DNA of 64,000 bases from positions 19,233 through 83,232 of IMG/VR virus record IMGVR_UViG_3300033076_000411; one strand, written 5' to 3'. Under the pieces are notes generated by a model, which was not told the DNA's origin, ran no database searches, and saw nothing but the letters and a program-made list of their open reading frames with translations. Source of the DNA: a virus (taxonomy: Duplodnaviria; Caudoviricetes). The position numbers and the translations under genes are program-made. Positions within the stretch are counted from its first letter, which is position 1. The number at the start of each line of letters is the position of its first letter. This document shows, one piece after another, positions 7,526-17,598 of this stretch.

Positions 7526-9019
7526 ATGACCACCTATAAGCGTGTAGATGGCGACTATGTTATTACAACACTAGGCGTCACTGATATTGTACAAATTGAA
7601 AGTACCACAACTGTTATCACTGGAGATCTAAGTGTTTCCGGTAACGCTACCTTGTTAGGTAACATTTCTGGGGATAAACTGTTTAACGGAACATCCAACG
7701 TTGAAATTGCATCTGCAGGCAGCAACGTTACAATTGGTGTTGGTGGAACTAGTGTAGCAACTTATGCTACCACTGGACATTACGTAACTGGATTAGAGTC
7801 AGTAACTGGGAATATCATTGGTGGCAACATCAATACAGCAGGACTAGTAACTGCAACAGGCAACGTCAACGGCGGTAATATTAACACAGTTGGCAACATT
7901 ATCATCACTAGAGATGCTAGTGTTGGACAACCAACAATTCAATTCTACGACACAGATACCACTGTAACAGACGGCACAGTTTTAGGTGCAGTCGAATGGT
8001 ATACTAGTGACCTAGCACCAAGCGCTCGTGTTACATCATCAATCCGATCGATTGCATCTGGTGTTACCGGTAACGCCAACGTTGAAATTCTAACATCGAC
8101 CAACGGGGCTGCACCTACTCAAAAGGTTGTTGTGTTATCAACAGGCAACGTCGGTATTGCTAACTCTGCACCTTTGCATACATTTGCAGTTACAGGAACA
8201 AGTTATATTAGTGGTAACGTAACAGGCGGTAATGTTATCAGTTTAGGCGCAGTATCATCCGCGGCTAATGTTTCAGCAACTGGCAATGTTATTGGGGGCA
8301 ATATATTAACTGGTGGACTAGCATCAGCAACTGGTAACATAACTGGTGGCAACATCATTAGTTTGGGTGCTGTTTCTGCTGGCGCAGGCGGCGTGTCGGC
8401 AACTGGCAACATTACCGGTGGCAACGTTAACTCTACAGGTATTGTATCAGTAACTGGTAACATCATTGGTGGTAACGTTGTAAGTGCTACTACTGTAAGC
8501 ATGAGCGGAAACGTTAACGGTGCCAACGCTTTGATTACAGGTAACATTACAGGCGCTAACTTGAATATTACTGCTCAAAGCAGTGGTACAGGTATTGGCG
8601 TAGAAAATATTGTTTGGCAACCAACAACAGTGGTATTCAACAGTGCAGTAATGGCAAACGTTGGATCTTTGGGTTTCTTGGCGCTAGCAGGATCTAGTTA
8701 TAAGTTTGAAGCATATATGCCAATACTACCCGATGGGTCAACTACCACTGGATTTAGTACGTATTTTGATGCAGGCACTTGCTACTATACTGTTGAGTTT
8801 CAAACTACACAAACATCTTCGTTCAACACTTCAACTTCAAACGTTTCAGGCACAGCAGCAGCAACAGCAGGCATGACTGGAACTACTCCAAGAACTGCAA
8901 GAATTACAGGCACAATTTATAGTGCAGGCAACGCCAACGTAGCCATACAAGCGCAAACAAGCGCAGCAAATCTTAACATCCAATCAGGGTCATACATGAC
9001 CTACACAAGAATCGGCTAA
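7526..9019 (+). CDS. Tail fibre-like virion protein with SATGN(I/V)xGGN repeats
   Basis: 497 aa with multiple VSATGNITGGN-type repeats and a C-terminal beta-rich globular region. Confidence 0.7.
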   Translation: MTTYKRVDGDYVITTLGVTDIVQIESTTTVITGDLSVSGNATLLGNISGDKLFNGTSNVEIASAGSNVTIGVGGTSVATYATTGHYVTGLESVTGNIIGGNINTAGLVTATGNVNGGNINTVGNIIITRDASVGQPTIQFYDTDTTVTDGTVLGAVEWYTSDLAPSARVTSSIRSIASGVTGNANVEILTSTNGAAPTQKVVVLSTGNVGIANSAPLHTFAVTGTSYISGNVTGGNVISLGAVSSAANVSATGNVIGGNILTGGLASATGNITGGNIISLGAVSAGAGGVSATGNITGGNVNSTGIVSVTGNIIGGNVVSATTVSMSGNVNGANALITGNITGANLNITAQSSGTGIGVENIVWQPTTVVFNSAVMANVGSLGFLALAGSSYKFEAYMPILPDGSTTTGFSTYFDAGTCYYTVEFQTTQTSSFNTSTSNVSGTAAATAGMTGTTPRTARITGTIYSAGNANVAIQAQTSAANLNIQSGSYMTYTRIG

Positions 9020-9032
9020 ACTCCCAATCAAA

Positions 9033-9058
9033 GTCTTTTGGTAAATACACTAGAGGAC
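9033..9058 (+). promoter_or_regulatory. Late box inside an RBS-sequestering hairpin
   Basis: gtcttttggt-aaatac-actagaggac forms a 10-bp stem with G-U pairs. TAAATA is at 9042-9047 and the GAGGA RBS lies in the 3' arm. Confidence 0.55.
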
Positions 9059-9069
9059 CTTGATTATCC

Positions 9070-12000
9070 ATGACACAACAGATCATTGACATTGGTGCAG
9101 CAGCAAACGATGGCACCGGAGAACCGTTACGCGATGCTTTCAACGCTGTAAACGAAAATTTTACAGAAATTTATGCGGCTGGACCCGTTGATAGCAACAT
9201 TGCGATTGCTAACAACACAATTAGCGTAACTAACACCAATGGAAACTTGGTTCTAATGCCAAACGGCATTGGCGTTGTCCAGTCAAACAGTACAATTGTT
9301 CCCAGCATCGACAATGTTTACGACCTCGGTAGCCCAACTTTAAGATTTAACACAGTTAATGCCGGTTACTTTATTGGTAACGGTGCTGGACTTACTGGAG
9401 TTACTGCGGCTAGTGGTCCTTATATTGCCAATGGTACTTCTAACGTTACCGTGGTGTCCAGCGGCGGAAATGTTACAATTGGTATCCAGACAACTAGCAA
9501 TACAGTAGTCTTTGGTCGTTACGATTCTACATTTAAAGGTAACATTCTTCCTGCTTCGAACGTAACATACAATTTAGGTAGCCCAACTTCTGCTTGGAAA
9601 GATTTATATCTATCTAACAGCACTGTTTATCTCAATAACGCTGCTATTTCTGCCAACTCAACAGCATTTACATTTTCTACACCAACCGGTGGAACAATTT
9701 CTCTGCAAGGCAGCGGCACATTAGAACCGTATGGTAATGCAAACGTTGCTACATATCTGCCAACATACACTGGTGCATTGCGCGGCTCGAACGTTAGTGT
9801 TAGTGGTAACGTAACTGGTGCATACATTTTTGGTAACGGTTCTCAACTAACTGGCTTACCTGCAACATATTCTAACGCTGATGTCGCTGCTTATTTGGCC
9901 AGCGGCACAGATTCATCTAACATCATTACAACAGCAGGTGTTTCTGGTGCCACAGTTACAGCCACAGGTAACGTAACTGGCGGCAATATTAGAACGGCTG
10001 GCCAAGTCTCTGCAACTGGTAACATCACTGGTAACTATTTCCTTGGTAATGGTGCATTGCTATCTGGATTACCAGAGACTTATTCTAACGCTAATGTTCA
10101 GGCATACTTGCCAACTTATTCTGGCAATATCGGATCTATTACTGCAACTGGTAACATTCAAGTTGTTAATGGTATCTTCATTGGTAACGGTTCAGGACTA
10201 ACTGGTGTTGTAGCAAGTTCGAACGTGGGCGCAGCAAGTAAACTTTCGAACGGAACAACAGAATTTAATATTCCTATCGCAAATGGAAATGTAGTAGGCA
10301 ATATTGGTGGAGTAACCAACGTTTACGAATTTGGTTCAACTGGAATGACAGTCGCTGGAGACATTTCTGCAACTGGAAATTTAATTGGTAATATTTCTAA
10401 ACCGGGTGCTGGTGCAACTCTAATGATCAATGTAGGTGGCACCAGTGAATGGGAATTCACTGATGTCGGCGATCTAACTGCTCCGGGGAATATTACAACA
10501 GTTGCTAATATCCAAGCCGGTTACTTTATTGGTAACGGTGCTGGCCTTACTGGCTTGCCAGCAGGATATTCAAATTCTGATGTTTCTACATACCTGGCCA
10601 GCGGCACAGATACTGCTAATATTATTACAACTGGTAATGTTCAAGCAACCGCAGTCAAGACAAACTTAATCAACAATACCGGTGGCAATGAAAGAATTAC
10701 AATTGACCCAGACAATACAGCATTGGGTTATATTAAAGTATACGGATTTGAAGACGGCGGCGAAAGAGTAGTAATTTCCAACCAATACACTGGTAGCAAT
10801 GGTATCTATTTCTACACAGAAGGTGGAAACACATTTAGATTTGTTGGCAATCAAATGTTGTTTCCGGACGCAACAACACAGACTACTGCGTTTACTGGTA
10901 GTTTGAGTGGTGCTAACTCGGTTGACATCACAGGCAACGTTACAACAACAGCCAACATCAGTGGTGCTTATATCTTAGGTAACGGTAGCCAACTTACTGG
11001 CTTGCCCGCTGGATATTCTAATGCAGACGTTGCATCATATTTGGCCAGCGGCACAGACACTAGCAATATCATTACATCAGGTAACATCGGCGGCGGCAAT
11101 TTGTCTTTGTCTGGTGATGTCCTTTCTCAAAATATTAGAACAATCGAAGGTACAGTTCACGTAGGTCAAGGTGCAGGCCTAACTAACCAAGGCACATACG
11201 GTATTGCAATGGGACGGTTTGCAGGCTCGCAAAATCAAGGCGGCGCTGGCGTAGCCGTTGGTCAGTTAGCAGGTCAAATTAGCCAAGGTGTTTCTGCTGT
11301 TGCTATTGGTCTTTATGCAGCGGCCAATACTCAAAGTGCTAATGCTGTAGCAGTGGGCACTTATGCTGGTCAACTCTTTCAAGGCGCAGACTCTGTTGCT
11401 ATTGGTAAACTAGCCGGCAATAACACTCAAGGTTCAGACTCTGTTGCGGTTGGCCCAAATGCAGGTGCTGACGCACAAGGTATTGGTGCTATTGCAATAG
11501 GTAGCAGTGCTGGTATAACTTCCCAAGGAAATAGTGCTGTCGCTCTAGGCGCAACTGCTGGTCAAACCAACCAGGCAGATTTTGCTGTGGCAGTTGGTAG
11601 TGGTGCTGCCTACAACGGACAAGGTGCTGGCGCTATTGCTATCGGCGTTGACGCATCTCCTACTAATCAAGGTGATTACAGTATTGCCATTGGTGCCGGT
11701 GTGTCAACCAATGCTGCACAACCAAACAACAGCATTATCATTGACGCTACAGTGAGTTCGTTGCAGGCTACAGGTGCCGGCTTATTTGTTGCCCCAATTC
11801 GCGATGATGTTGCAAATGCAGGCAATCCTATAAGTTATAACACTTCTACTAAAGAATTAACATACTCAAATACAGTCAGCGTTGCAGGTAATGTAACTGG
11901 CGGAAACATCAACACAGTTGGTATTGTTTCGGCTACAGCAAATGTTCGTGGTGGCAACATAAACACAGCAGGTTTGGTAACCGCCGCAGGCAACGTGTAT

Positions 12001-15000
12001 GGTGGTAATATCATCAGTGGTGGTACAATTTCTTCTACTGGTAACATTGTTACAACTGCCAACATCAGCGGTGGCAATTTATCGTTGAGCGGTGTATTTG
12101 GTGCAAGCACTCTTAGCGCCACTGCCAACGTTGATGGCGGTAACTTACGCACACAGGGTGTTGTTAGTGCAGCCGGTAATATTATCACAGATGGTTACTT
12201 TGTTGGTAACTTTGCTGGTAACATTACAGGCAACTTAACAGTCCCTGGATCAAACACACAAGTTCTTTATAACGCTAATGGTAACGCCGGTGCAGTAGCA
12301 GGATTTACATACGCTTCTGACTCCAACACAATGACTGTGTTAGGTACAATTTCTGCACAAGCCAATGTAATTGCTGGCAACGTTAATACTGTTGGACAAG
12401 TTAGTGCTGTAGGCAACATCACCGGTGGTAATCTTAATGTTGCAGGTAATGTTAGCGCAACAGCCAACGTTAATGGCGGAAACATTATTAGTTCTGCGTT
12501 GGTACAAGGTACTGTTGTATCGGCTAGCGGTAATGTTCGTGGCGGCAATCTTGTAACTAGTGGCGAAGTAAGCGCAACTGGTAATATCACAGGTGGTAAC
12601 CTAAGTGGTACAAGTATTGCTGGTACTTTAACAACAGCAGCCCAAACAAACATTACAAGCGTTGGTACATTAGGCAGTTTAACAGTTACAGCAAACGTAG
12701 CCGGTGGTAACTTAACAACTGGCGGACAAGTCAGTGCTACTGGTAATATCACAGGTGGTAACCTAAGTGGTACAAGTATTGTTGGTACTTTAACAACTGC
12801 TGCACAAACCAATATCACAAGTGTTGGTACACTAGGTTCATTAAACGTTACTGGCAACATTGGCGGCGGCAACCTAAATGCCACAGGATTGAGCCTAAGC
12901 GGTAACGTTGTTAGCGCACTTGTATCAGCGGCTAACATCACAACTTCTGCTAACATCAGCGGTCAGTACATTTTAGGTAACGGTGCATTCTTAACTGGTA
13001 TTGCTGCCGGATCGACTTACGGCGATTCTAACGTAACAACATTGCTGGCTGCATTGGGTTCAAATGTAATCAGCGGTACAGGCAATGTTACAACTACAGC
13101 CAACGTTTCTGGTGGTAACTTATTAACTGGTGGTCAAGTAAGTGCAACAGGTAATGTTACAGGTGGCAACATTATAACTGGCGGCGCTGTTTCAGCAACC
13201 GGTAATGTATCTGCAACTGGCAACGTTCAGGCCGGTAACTTGATAACTGGCGGCAACATCTACACCAACACCAACGGTGGTGGTTTGTTGTCTAATACGC
13301 TGACAACATCAACGTATAACATTTACACCCAGAACCCAGGTACTGGCCAGTCAAAGACTGTTAACCTCGGTACTGGGCAAACACTAAGCACATCAACTAC
13401 TCAAATCAATCTTGGTTCGCAGTTTGGTAATTCCAATGTTACAGTATATGGTAATTTTGTTATTGCTAACACAATGACAAGTTTGAGCACTGGTACTGCT
13501 AACTTCTTGGGCAACATTCGTGGGGCTAACTTAAACACAGGTGGTGTAGTAAGTGCAACTGGCAACATCATTGGTGGTAACTTAAATGCTGCGGGATTGA
13601 GTTTGAGTGGCAACATTGTTAGTGCTCTAAACGCTAGCAGCAATATCACCGCAGGCGGTATTATCAGCGCAGTTGGCAACATCAACAGCGGCAATGTAAA
13701 CACAGGTATTGTTAGTGCAACTGGTAACATCAACGTTGGAGGTAGCATTGTTACTGCTGGCGGAGCAGGTAATATCACAGGTGCTAACGTAATTTCTGCT
13801 ACCACACTTTCTGCAAGTGGCAACGTAACAGGTGCAAACGTCAACGGTACTGTAGTATCTGCAACTGGTAACATTGTCGGCGGTAACTTAAACGCTGCGG
13901 GATTGAGCCTGAGTGGCAACGTTGTTAGTGCATTAGTAAGTGCAGCCAATATTACAACCACAGCAAATATTTCGGGCAACTACATTTTAGGTAATGGCGC
14001 ATTGTTGTCTGGATTGGCAACATACGGCAACTCAAATGTTGCAGCATACTTGCCAACTTACACTGGCAATTTAGATTCACTTGCTGGTAATGTAACTACC
14101 ACAGGTAACATTTCAGCCAACTACTACATTGGTAACGGTTCTTTGTTAACTGGTGTTGTTGCCACTGGCATTGGTACTTTAACAAGTTTAAGTGTAACTG
14201 GTAATATTGATGCAGGTAATCTGCGCACAGCAGGACTTGTAACAGCCACAGGTAATGTAACTGGCGGCAATGTTATATCTATTGCAGATGTCTCAGCAGG
14301 CGGTATTGTTTCTGCAACTGGTAACATCACTGGCGGTAATATAAGTACAGCCGGTTTAGTTACTGCAACCGGCAATATCACCGGCGGCAATTTAAACACA
14401 GCAGGTTTGGCATCTGTTACTGGTAACGTTGTTGGTGGAAATTTAATTACTTCTGCATTGGTTCAAGGACAAACAGTAAGTGCCACTGGTAACGTTGTTG
14501 GTGGCAACGTCAACACTGGCGGCGCAATTACTGCAATTGGTAATATCATTGGCGGCAACATCAACACAGTCGGTGATGTATCTGCTGCTACATTGACTAC
14601 AACTGGCAATGCTATTGTTGGTGGTGACTTGATTGTTAACGGCAACATTGCGTATGTAAACGTTTCAACATTGAGTGTTGAAGATCCGATTATTGGTGTT
14701 GGTCGAGGACCAAATGGTGCTCCATTGTCAAGCGACGATGGCAAAGATCGAGGTTTAGATCTTTGGTATTATAACGGAGCAGAAAAACAAGCGTTTATCG
14801 GTTTTGATGATTCAACCGGTAAGATGTTTGCTGCAACTGATGTTGCTATCGTTAGTGAACAAGTTGCAGTTAATTCTTACGGTGCATTTGTAGTTGGTGA
14901 TCTTGAAGGTGCAACAGTTACAGCAACAGGTAATATTCAAGGCGGCAACATCAACAGTGCAGCACTGATTCAAGGTGCAACAGTAAGCGCAACTGGCAAC

Positions 15001-17259
15001 GTCAATGGCGGCAACGTTAATACTACATTGGTTGCTGCAACCACAGTAAGTGCCACTGGCAACGTCGACGGCGGCAACGTTAATACTACATTGGTTGCTG
15101 CAACCACAGTAAGCGCATCAGGTAATATCCGCGGTGCAAACTTTAATACAACTGGATTAATTACAGCAACTGGTAATGTAACAGGTGGCAACATTGAAAC
15201 TCCTGGCTTAATTACTGCGGTTGGAAATATCACAGGTGGCAACCTCAGTACTACATTAGTCACAGCATCTATTGTGAGTGCAACTGGTAACGTCACAGGT
15301 GGCAACCTCACTACAGCAGGTCAAGCATCAGTTGGTGGCAACATCACTGGTGGCAACGTCAACAGTAATGGTGTTGTAACAGCAATTGGCAATGTTGGCG
15401 GCGCAAATGTTAATTCGGGCGGTGCTGTATCTGCAACTGGAAACGTTAATGGTGGCAACATCAACACAGGCGGCTTGGTTTCGGCAACAGGTAATATTAC
15501 AGGTGGTAATGTTAACACAGTATTAGTGGCTGCTACAACACTCAGCGCAACTGCAAACGTAATCGGCGGCAATGTTAATACTGGTGGTTTGGTTTCTGCA
15601 ACTGGCAATATTATTGGTGGTAACTTAAATGCTGCGGGATTGAGTTTGAGTGGCAACGTTGTTAGCGACTTAAACAGCACTGGTAACATTACAACAACCG
15701 GCAATATCAGCGGTGGCAACATCCTAACATCAAATGCTATCAACGCTGGTTCAGTGTTCTCAACCGGACCAGTAAGCGGTGTTGGCAACGTTAACGGTGG
15801 AAATATCAATACAGGTGGTTTGGTTTCTGCAACTGGATCAATTAATGCCGGAACTACTTTATCAGCAGCAGGCAACGTAACTGGTGGAAATATTCGTACC
15901 GCAGGTGTTGTTAGCGCAAGCGGCAACATCTTAACTTCTGCACAGATCAGCGCAACAGGTAATATCACAGGTGGCAATGTTATTGCTACAACGTTTATTG
16001 GTAACTTACAAGGTAACATCAATACTCCGGGCGCAAACAGTCAAGTTATGTTTAACTTGAATGGACAACTTGGTGCTGACTCTGGATTTGTGTATGACTA
16101 TGTTGCTAACGCTCTAACAGTTAGCGGTAAGATTGCTACAAACGAAGGCGGTGACCTAGACATTGCTGGACGTATTAGTGCAGCCGGTAACATTCTAACT
16201 GGCACTGGTAACATTTCAGGTGGAAACATTCTGTCTGGTGCTCTAATTAGTGCAGTTGGTAACATCACTGGCGGCAACTTAAATGCTGCTGGATTGAGTC
16301 TAAGCGGCAACGTTGTAAGTGCATTGAACTTATCGGGCGGCGCAGTTAACACTACTGGCGCTGTCTCTGCTGCTGGCAACGTCACTGGTGGTAATGTAAA
16401 CACAGCAGGTTTAGTAACAGCAACCGGCAACGTCACTGGCGGCAATATTGTCACAGGCGGTGCAGTAAGTGCAGCAGGTGCAGTTTCGGCAACCGGCAAC
16501 GTCACTGGCGGCAATGTAAACACAGGCGGTTTGATTTCTGCAACCGGCAACATCACTGGTGGTAACATCACTACAGCAGGTATATTGTCTGTGGCTGGTA
16601 ACATTTTTGGTGCAACAGATTTGTACATTGGTTCAGGCGCAGCCACAGCCGGATTTACAACATCACCAGTTATCATTGGTAAAGACTCTAGTTTAACATA
16701 TACCCAAATTGGTATTCAAAACGCTTCAGGATTTGGTTCTGCAGACTTTACAGCATACGCAAACAACGGTACTGAGTCTGCGGGATGGGTAGACATGGGC
16801 TTCACTGGCAATACGTTCAGTGACCTAGCATACACAGTAACAGCACCAAATGACGGATACTTGTTTGTTCAAGGTAACGCAAGTTTTGGCGGTAACCTGG
16901 TTATTGCTACAGGTGATACAGGCACTACTAAAGACATTGTGTTTGCAACTGGCGGTTTTGGATCTAGCGATATTAAAGCACGTTTGTACAATGCAACTGG
17001 CCAGTTTAGTGTAACAGGCAATGTTGCAGGCGGCAACATTACAACAGGTGGCGCAGTATCTGCAACCGGAGCAATTTACGGTGCAAGTCTAACCGCAACT
17101 GGTAATATTGTTGGTGGAAACGTTACAACCACCGGCACATTCTCAACCACCGGCAACATCTCTGCCAATAATATCAGTGCTACAACAGGCATAAGTATTA
17201 CTGGAAAAGCAGTAGCAACAGTAGATGATGCAACAGCATTAGCAATAGCATTAGGATAA
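9070..17259 (+). CDS. Giant (2729 aa) baseplate/tail fibre protein
   Basis: N-terminus MTQQIIDIGAAANDGTGEPLRDAFNAVNENF resembles the T4 gp9/gp10 N-terminal baseplate-anchoring segment. It has dozens of SATGNITGGN repeats, a 16-aa beta-roll block and a C-terminal ALAIALG. Confidence 0.85.
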   Translation: MTQQIIDIGAAANDGTGEPLRDAFNAVNENFTEIYAAGPVDSNIAIANNTISVTNTNGNLVLMPNGIGVVQSNSTIVPSIDNVYDLGSPTLRFNTVNAGYFIGNGAGLTGVTAASGPYIANGTSNVTVVSSGGNVTIGIQTTSNTVVFGRYDSTFKGNILPASNVTYNLGSPTSAWKDLYLSNSTVYLNNAAISANSTAFTFSTPTGGTISLQGSGTLEPYGNANVATYLPTYTGALRGSNVSVSGNVTGAYIFGNGSQLTGLPATYSNADVAAYLASGTDSSNIITTAGVSGATVTATGNVTGGNIRTAGQVSATGNITGNYFLGNGALLSGLPETYSNANVQAYLPTYSGNIGSITATGNIQVVNGIFIGNGSGLTGVVASSNVGAASKLSNGTTEFNIPIANGNVVGNIGGVTNVYEFGSTGMTVAGDISATGNLIGNISKPGAGATLMINVGGTSEWEFTDVGDLTAPGNITTVANIQAGYFIGNGAGLTGLPAGYSNSDVSTYLASGTDTANIITTGNVQATAVKTNLINNTGGNERITIDPDNTALGYIKVYGFEDGGERVVISNQYTGSNGIYFYTEGGNTFRFVGNQMLFPDATTQTTAFTGSLSGANSVDITGNVTTTANISGAYILGNGSQLTGLPAGYSNADVASYLASGTDTSNIITSGNIGGGNLSLSGDVLSQNIRTIEGTVHVGQGAGLTNQGTYGIAMGRFAGSQNQGGAGVAVGQLAGQISQGVSAVAIGLYAAANTQSANAVAVGTYAGQLFQGADSVAIGKLAGNNTQGSDSVAVGPNAGADAQGIGAIAIGSSAGITSQGNSAVALGATAGQTNQADFAVAVGSGAAYNGQGAGAIAIGVDASPTNQGDYSIAIGAGVSTNAAQPNNSIIIDATVSSLQATGAGLFVAPIRDDVANAGNPISYNTSTKELTYSNTVSVAGNVTGGNINTVGIVSATANVRGGNINTAGLVTAAGNVYGGNIISGGTISSTGNIVTTANISGGNLSLSGVFGASTLSATANVDGGNLRTQGVVSAAGNIITDGYFVGNFAGNITGNLTVPGSNTQVLYNANGNAGAVAGFTYASDSNTMTVLGTISAQANVIAGNVNTVGQVSAVGNITGGNLNVAGNVSATANVNGGNIISSALVQGTVVSASGNVRGGNLVTSGEVSATGNITGGNLSGTSIAGTLTTAAQTNITSVGTLGSLTVTANVAGGNLTTGGQVSATGNITGGNLSGTSIVGTLTTAAQTNITSVGTLGSLNVTGNIGGGNLNATGLSLSGNVVSALVSAANITTSANISGQYILGNGAFLTGIAAGSTYGDSNVTTLLAALGSNVISGTGNVTTTANVSGGNLLTGGQVSATGNVTGGNIITGGAVSATGNVSATGNVQAGNLITGGNIYTNTNGGGLLSNTLTTSTYNIYTQNPGTGQSKTVNLGTGQTLSTSTTQINLGSQFGNSNVTVYGNFVIANTMTSLSTGTANFLGNIRGANLNTGGVVSATGNIIGGNLNAAGLSLSGNIVSALNASSNITAGGIISAVGNINSGNVNTGIVSATGNINVGGSIVTAGGAGNITGANVISATTLSASGNVTGANVNGTVVSATGNIVGGNLNAAGLSLSGNVVSALVSAANITTTANISGNYILGNGALLSGLATYGNSNVAAYLPTYTGNLDSLAGNVTTTGNISANYYIGNGSLLTGVVATGIGTLTSLSVTGNIDAGNLRTAGLVTATGNVTGGNVISIADVSAGGIVSATGNITGGNISTAGLVTATGNITGGNLNTAGLASVTGNVVGGNLITSALVQGQTVSATGNVVGGNVNTGGAITAIGNIIGGNINTVGDVSAATLTTTGNAIVGGDLIVNGNIAYVNVSTLSVEDPIIGVGRGPNGAPLSSDDGKDRGLDLWYYNGAEKQAFIGFDDSTGKMFAATDVAIVSEQVAVNSYGAFVVGDLEGATVTATGNIQGGNINSAALIQGATVSATGNVNGGNVNTTLVAATTVSATGNVDGGNVNTTLVAATTVSASGNIRGANFNTTGLITATGNVTGGNIETPGLITAVGNITGGNLSTTLVTASIVSATGNVTGGNLTTAGQASVGGNITGGNVNSNGVVTAIGNVGGANVNSGGAVSATGNVNGGNINTGGLVSATGNITGGNVNTVLVAATTLSATANVIGGNVNTGGLVSATGNIIGGNLNAAGLSLSGNVVSDLNSTGNITTTGNISGGNILTSNAINAGSVFSTGPVSGVGNVNGGNINTGGLVSATGSINAGTTLSAAGNVTGGNIRTAGVVSASGNILTSAQISATGNITGGNVIATTFIGNLQGNINTPGANSQVMFNLNGQLGADSGFVYDYVANALTVSGKIATNEGGDLDIAGRISAAGNILTGTGNISGGNILSGALISAVGNITGGNLNAAGLSLSGNVVSALNLSGGAVNTTGAVSAAGNVTGGNVNTAGLVTATGNVTGGNIVTGGAVSAAGAVSATGNVTGGNVNTGGLISATGNITGGNITTAGILSVAGNIFGATDLYIGSGAATAGFTTSPVIIGKDSSLTYTQIGIQNASGFGSADFTAYANNGTESAGWVDMGFTGNTFSDLAYTVTAPNDGYLFVQGNASFGGNLVIATGDTGTTKDIVFATGGFGSSDIKARLYNATGQFSVTGNVAGGNITTGGAVSATGAIYGASLTATGNIVGGNVTTTGTFSTTGNISANNISATTGISITGKAVATVDDATALAIALG
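11158..11712 (+). repeat. About 12 tandem 16-aa repeats A(I/V)GxxAGxxxQGxxA(I/V), YadA-head-like beta-roll
   Basis: AMGRFAGSQNQGGAGV / AVGQLAGQISQGVSAV / AIGLYAAANTQSANAV / AVGTYAGQLFQGADSV / AIGKLAGNNTQGSDSV ... Confidence 0.75.
12577..12781 (+). repeat. In-frame tandem duplication, 162-nt period
   Basis: 43-bp identical stretch actggtaatatcacaggtggtaacctaagtggtacaagtattg at 12577-12619 and 12739-12781, with flanks still similar. Confidence 0.85.
15007..15113 (+). repeat. In-frame tandem duplication, 63-nt period
   Basis: 44-bp identical ggcggcaacgttaatactacattggttgctgcaaccacagtaag at 15007-15050 and 15070-15113. Confidence 0.85.
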
Positions 17260-17262
17260 AAA

Positions 17263-17598
17263 ATGGCAAATACATTTACACGAAAACTCAGCAGAGGCGT
17301 AGGAACCACAGCAACCGCGGTAGGATCATACACTGTGGGTGCCAACACTACTACTGTAGTAGTTGGACTAACAGTTACAAATACTTCCGGCAGTGCTATC
17401 TCTGCCAACGTTTATATAAATGATCAAAGTGCTGCTAACACTTACGTAATTACAAATGCTCCAATTTCTAGTGGTGCTTCGTTGGTACCAATTGGTGGCG
17501 ATCAAAAGATTGTTTTGATCACAGGCGATAAGATTTATGTTCAAAGTAGTGCTGCCAGCAGCATTGATGCAATTTTGAGTATCATGGAAATCACATAA
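17263..17598 (+). CDS. Small fibre-associated beta-sandwich-like protein
   Basis: 111 aa directly after the ALAIALG-ending fibre and coupled (TAATG) to the next fibre gene. Confidence 0.6.
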   Translation: MANTFTRKLSRGVGTTATAVGSYTVGANTTTVVVGLTVTNTSGSAISANVYINDQSAANTYVITNAPISSGASLVPIGGDQKIVLITGDKIYVQSSAASSIDAILSIMEIT

